Shown in pieces: positions 45,445 through 46,778 of a stretch of 46,778 nucleotides of DNA (position 1 is the stretch's first letter; every line of letters starts with the position of its first letter). The stretch comes from Pseudohongiellaceae bacterium. GTDB lineage: Bacteria; Planctomycetota; B15-G4. Where the stretch lies: NCBI GenBank assembly GCA_047638635.1, contig JBLIMM010000002.1, forward strand, positions 1 through 46,778, read 5' to 3'. The position numbers were made by a program, and so were the translations under genes. Under the pieces are notes generated by a model, which was not told where the DNA came from, searched no databases, and saw only the letters and a list, made by a program, of their open reading frames with translations.

Positions 45445-46710
45445 ATGGCCCTGAGTACGAAAGGAGCCCGACGTGCGCTCGACGTGAGTGTGTCGCTGGT
45501 GGGCCTGTGCCTGATGGTGATGGCGCTGCCGTTTGTGGCCTTGGCGATCAAGCTCGACAGTCGAGGGCCCTTGTTCGCTCGCGACCTTCGGGTGGGCCAA
45601 CAGCGTCGAGATCGAGACCGCACCACAGGGGGGCAGCGCTTGCACGACGCTCGTGGCCATCTGTTCTGGAGTCTGCGCTTTCGTGTGTTGGGCGAAGACG
45701 TCTTGACGAAGGGCCGTCGTCTCGGCGAAGACCCTCGGCTCACACGAGTGGGACGTGTTCTGCGTCGCACGGGGCTCGAAGATTGGCCCCAGCTTTGGAT
45801 CGTGCTTCGTGGGCGCATGAGCTTGGTGGGGCCGCGACCTCTGACGCCCGACTGCATCGACCGGCTATGCCGAGAGTTCCCCGCTTATCGTTCGCGGCTC
45901 AGCGACATGATGCCGGGCTTGCTGGGTTTCGCTCAGACCGAGTGTGCCGAGTCGGCTAACTTCTTCGCGGCAGTCTGCGAGAAGATTGTCTTCGACTTGC
46001 ACTACCGTAATCGCCTGACCGAAGTTTCGCCGGGGAAGGCCGTGCTGCAAGATCTGAAGGTGATGGCCGCTACGGTGCTGGGGCGCTGGCGGGGCAGTCG
46101 CCGTGTGGTGGGGACCGACGTGATTAGCGTGGAGTATCCCCATGCGTTTGGCCTCCTGGGTTGTGATCCGTCGGCGTTGGCTCGGCGCATGCCAGCTGAG
46201 CTCAGCGGCGAAGTGGTGGAGCATGACGCCGGGTTCACTTGCTGGTGGTACCCGCCTCACCGTCCGGTACTGGGCTTGTCCGTGCCCCAGGACGAGCTGA
46301 TGTCTGAAATCTGCGAGACGCTGGCCGCCGAAGCGGGTGGAGCTTTGTGCTTTGCTAAGTCTCTGCAGCCCGGCGAGAGTGCACCGGCTGGCGAGGAGCC
46401 CGACTGCATTTCGGCCGAGTTGCCCAGCGCTCTTGAAGACGTGCAGGCTGTGTCCGAGCACTTTGTCGACTTGTGGCAGGAATTAGCCAGTCGCTCTTCT
46501 GACGAGCACTTCGTTTTCAGCATGAGCTTTCTGCTCATCGAAGGCCTGGTCACGGTGGCGAGTTCTGCTGACGAGGACCACGGTCGTCTGCGCATCGAAG
46601 TTGAGATCTACTCGGACCGGGTTCAACTGCGCGTCCTGGCAATCGCCAGCGAGCGATCGAGCACCCCCAGGTATGCGCCTGCAGTAGCCCTGCCGCGGCT
46701 GACAAGCTAG
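45445..46710 (+). CDS. Bacterial sugar transferase (PglC/WbaP-like phosphoglycosyl transferase domain) fused to a ~200-aa C-terminal region of unknown function
   Basis: 421 aa. Motifs: RRALDVSVSLVGLCLMVMALPFVALAIKLDSRGPLF, RFRVL, DPRLTRVGRVLRRTGLEDWPQLWIVLRGRMSLVGPRP and MPGLLGFAQ. The domain ends around VMAATVLGRWRG (about aa 215). The remainder matches nothing I recognise. Confidence 0.8.
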   Translation: MALSTKGARRALDVSVSLVGLCLMVMALPFVALAIKLDSRGPLFARDLRVGQQRRDRDRTTGGQRLHDARGHLFWSLRFRVLGEDVLTKGRRLGEDPRLTRVGRVLRRTGLEDWPQLWIVLRGRMSLVGPRPLTPDCIDRLCREFPAYRSRLSDMMPGLLGFAQTECAESANFFAAVCEKIVFDLHYRNRLTEVSPGKAVLQDLKVMAATVLGRWRGSRRVVGTDVISVEYPHAFGLLGCDPSALARRMPAELSGEVVEHDAGFTCWWYPPHRPVLGLSVPQDELMSEICETLAAEAGGALCFAKSLQPGESAPAGEEPDCISAELPSALEDVQAVSEHFVDLWQELASRSSDEHFVFSMSFLLIEGLVTVASSADEDHGRLRIEVEIYSDRVQLRVLAIASERSSTPRYAPAVALPRLTS

Positions 46711-46778
46711 GGGCACACGAGCCCAAAGAGCCCGTAGTTGAGCGGACGGAGCATCCCCGGCTTTCTTTCGTTGGTCGC

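Noticed and set aside
46707-46778. Possible 3' end of a convergent minus-strand gene entering from the right edge (..ATNERKPGMLRPLNYGLFGLVCP, stop at complement of 46707-46709)
   Set aside because: Only 23 open codons are visible. That is too short to distinguish from chance at this GC content, so I did not call it.

Overview
This is a high-GC, densely coding bacterial chromosomal segment. I see no CRISPR array, integrase, transposase, phage gene or rRNA. From left to right it contains:

- **Left edge to 3.7 kb:** an edge-truncated tryptophan 2,3-dioxygenase (minus strand); a roughly 1.9 kb stretch of decayed gene fragments (an all-alpha/TPR-like gene broken at a G8 run, and a 5'-truncated, frameshifted CASTOR/POLLUX-type RCK channel remnant) ending at a tRNA-Arg(CCT); an 8-bp tandem repeat; and an orphan GspG-like pseudopilin.
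- **3.7 to 14 kb, housekeeping genes:** ornithine aminotransferase, an SDR oxidoreductase, a HEAT-repeat/cyclophilin lipoprotein, yqeY, a SufS-type cysteine desulfurase, an M28-PA-PDZ peptidase, and ispG overlapping folE.
- **14 to 16.6 kb:** a two-gene secreted module (unknown 186-aa protein plus a matrixin-type Zn protease with three IPT/TIG domains) behind a long leader.
- **16.8 to 27.4 kb:** an 11-gene NDH-1 operon, nuoABCD-HIJKLMN, with no nuoEFG between nuoD and nuoH.
- **27.4 to 35.4 kb, co-directional minus-strand block:** topA, a small membrane protein, an SbcD/YhaO-like nuclease and a 1179-aa SbcC/YhaN-like coiled-coil ATPase.
- **35.7 kb to right edge:** Leu/Phe/Val dehydrogenase, a membrane Ser/Thr kinase with a duplicated extracytoplasmic module, murJ, a non-canonical PII-like gene translationally coupled to an XdhC-family gene, a secreted TPR protein, plsC, an ECF sigma factor, and an atypical phosphoglycosyl transferase with an unknown C-terminal domain.

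The taxon cannot be determined from the sequence alone. The kinase ectodomain modules, the orphan pseudopilin, the HEAT-cyclophilin fusion and the EFG-less nuo operon are reminiscent of Planctomycetota-like genomes (inference only).

The many long antisense ORFs in the track are GC-driven artefacts. I found no obvious complete novel system. The most unusual candidates are the PII-XdhC pair, the ECF sigma plus atypical sugar transferase, the kinase ectodomain and the secreted matrixin module.
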